A stretch of 38,015 nucleotides of DNA from assembly GCA_041688685.1 (NCBI GenBank), contig JBDNHS010000379.1:1-38015 (forward strand), given 5' to 3'. The translations under genes and the position numbers were made by a program. A model generated the notes under the pieces. The model was given only the letters and a program-made list of their open reading frames with translations, was not told where the DNA came from and ran no database searches. This stretch comes from Candidatus Kapaibacterium sp. Lineage in GTDB: Bacteria > Bacteroidota > Ignavibacteria > Kapaibacteriales > UBA2268. Below are positions 37,515 to 38,015 of this stretch, piece by piece (the first letter of the stretch is position 1; each line of letters opens with the position of its first letter).

Positions 37515-38015
37515 TTATTGTTCTAAATATGTATAACTATATAAACCAGAACGGTATATAGCTAAATATTCTTTTCCTTCTGCTGTACTGATTTTACCAG
37601 ATTTAACACAATTAGTAACCCAAGATTCCATTGCTCTAACTAATTTTTTTGGACTATATTGAACATAATCCAATACATCTGCGACTGTTTCACCATCAAT
37701 AATTTGCTTTATTTCATAACCATCTTCAGTAGAAACAACGTGAACTGCATTTGTATCTCCAAATAAATTATGCAAATCACCTAATATTTCTTGGTATGCA
37801 CCAACCAAAAAGGCAGCAATATAATATGGTTCTTTTTCGTTGAATTCGTGAACAGGCAATGAATGAGCCATATCTCCAGTACCAATAAATAAATCAATCT
37901 TGCCATCAGAGTCGCAAGTAATATCCTGTAAAGTCGCTCTTCTTTTGGGTTCTTTATTTAATCTATGTATAGGCATAATTGGAAAAATTTGGTCAATTGC
38001 CCAAGAGTCAGGTAA
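37515..38015 (-). CDS. speA: Biosynthetic arginine decarboxylase, C-terminal 166 codons (5' part outside the window)
   Basis: The frame is open to the window edge. The translation LPDSWAIDQIFPIMPIHRL...ITCDSDGKID...FLVGAYQEILGDLHNLFGDTNAVHV is the conserved SpeA C-terminal region. Confidence 0.9.
   Translation of the reverse strand, partial: LPDSWAIDQIFPIMPIHRLNKEPKRRATLQDITCDSDGKIDLFIGTGDMAHSLPVHEFNEKEPYYIAAFLVGAYQEILGDLHNLFGDTNAVHVVSTEDGYEIKQIIDGETVADVLDYVQYSPKKLVRAMESWVTNCVKSGKISTAEGKEYLAIYRSGLYSYTYLEQ

Noticed and set aside
35676-38015. The APC permease plus arginine decarboxylase considered as an AdiA/AdiC-like acid-resistance pair.
   Set aside because: The decarboxylase has the biosynthetic SpeA-type C-terminus, not the AdiA type. 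The genes are convergent and separated by 390 bp with their own terminator, and the permease shows no specific AdiC signature that I can verify.

Overview
This is a low-GC (roughly 30%) chromosomal segment that is densely coding and mostly housekeeping. It is most consistent with an FCB-group bacterium (Bacteroidota/Ignavibacteriota-like). The supporting signs are a 2,455-aa SprA (type IX secretion translocon), an LDH-like malate dehydrogenase, few Shine-Dalgarno sequences, and at least one good TTTG-N20-TAnnTTTG promoter.

Recognisable genes:
- Central functions: mdh, a PiT phosphate transporter with a long soluble tail, hemW, a hisC-type aminotransferase, a YgjP/DUF45 metallopeptidase-like protein, typA/bipA, coaBC, aat and speA (3' part, truncated by the window end).
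- Envelope: sprA, a class A PBP, two OmpA-domain lipoproteins (one TolB/PD40-like, one vWA), GT4 and GT2 glycosyltransferases, and a further lipoprotein.
- Membrane and other: a membrane-anchored HdrD/GlpC/EtfD-like Fe-S oxidoreductase, an APC permease, a MerC-like membrane protein and a YjbR/MmcQ-like protein.

I saw no rRNA, tRNA, CRISPR array, integrase, transposase or recognisable defence genes, and I could not identify a convincing novel multi-gene system.

The things that ordinary annotation does not explain are:
1. A 123-bp, 96% identical direct duplication of the 3' end of the Fe-S gene. It brackets a 1.3-kb insert carrying a lipoprotein gene and a 51-codon ORF.
2. Three different short tandem-repeat arrays (14, 11 and 12 bp units) in consecutive spacers of one co-directional minus-strand gene block. 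One array repeats the stop-codon-containing last 12 nt of a CDS in frame.
3. A roughly 60-70 nt noncoding element present in two convergent spacers.
4. Paired TTAACA-N5-TTAACA boxes upstream of the phosphate transporter.
5. sprA has no possible ATG start.
6. Large Asn-rich insertions or extensions in CoaBC, Aat and YgjP.

All family assignments come from motif recognition by eye; no database search was run.
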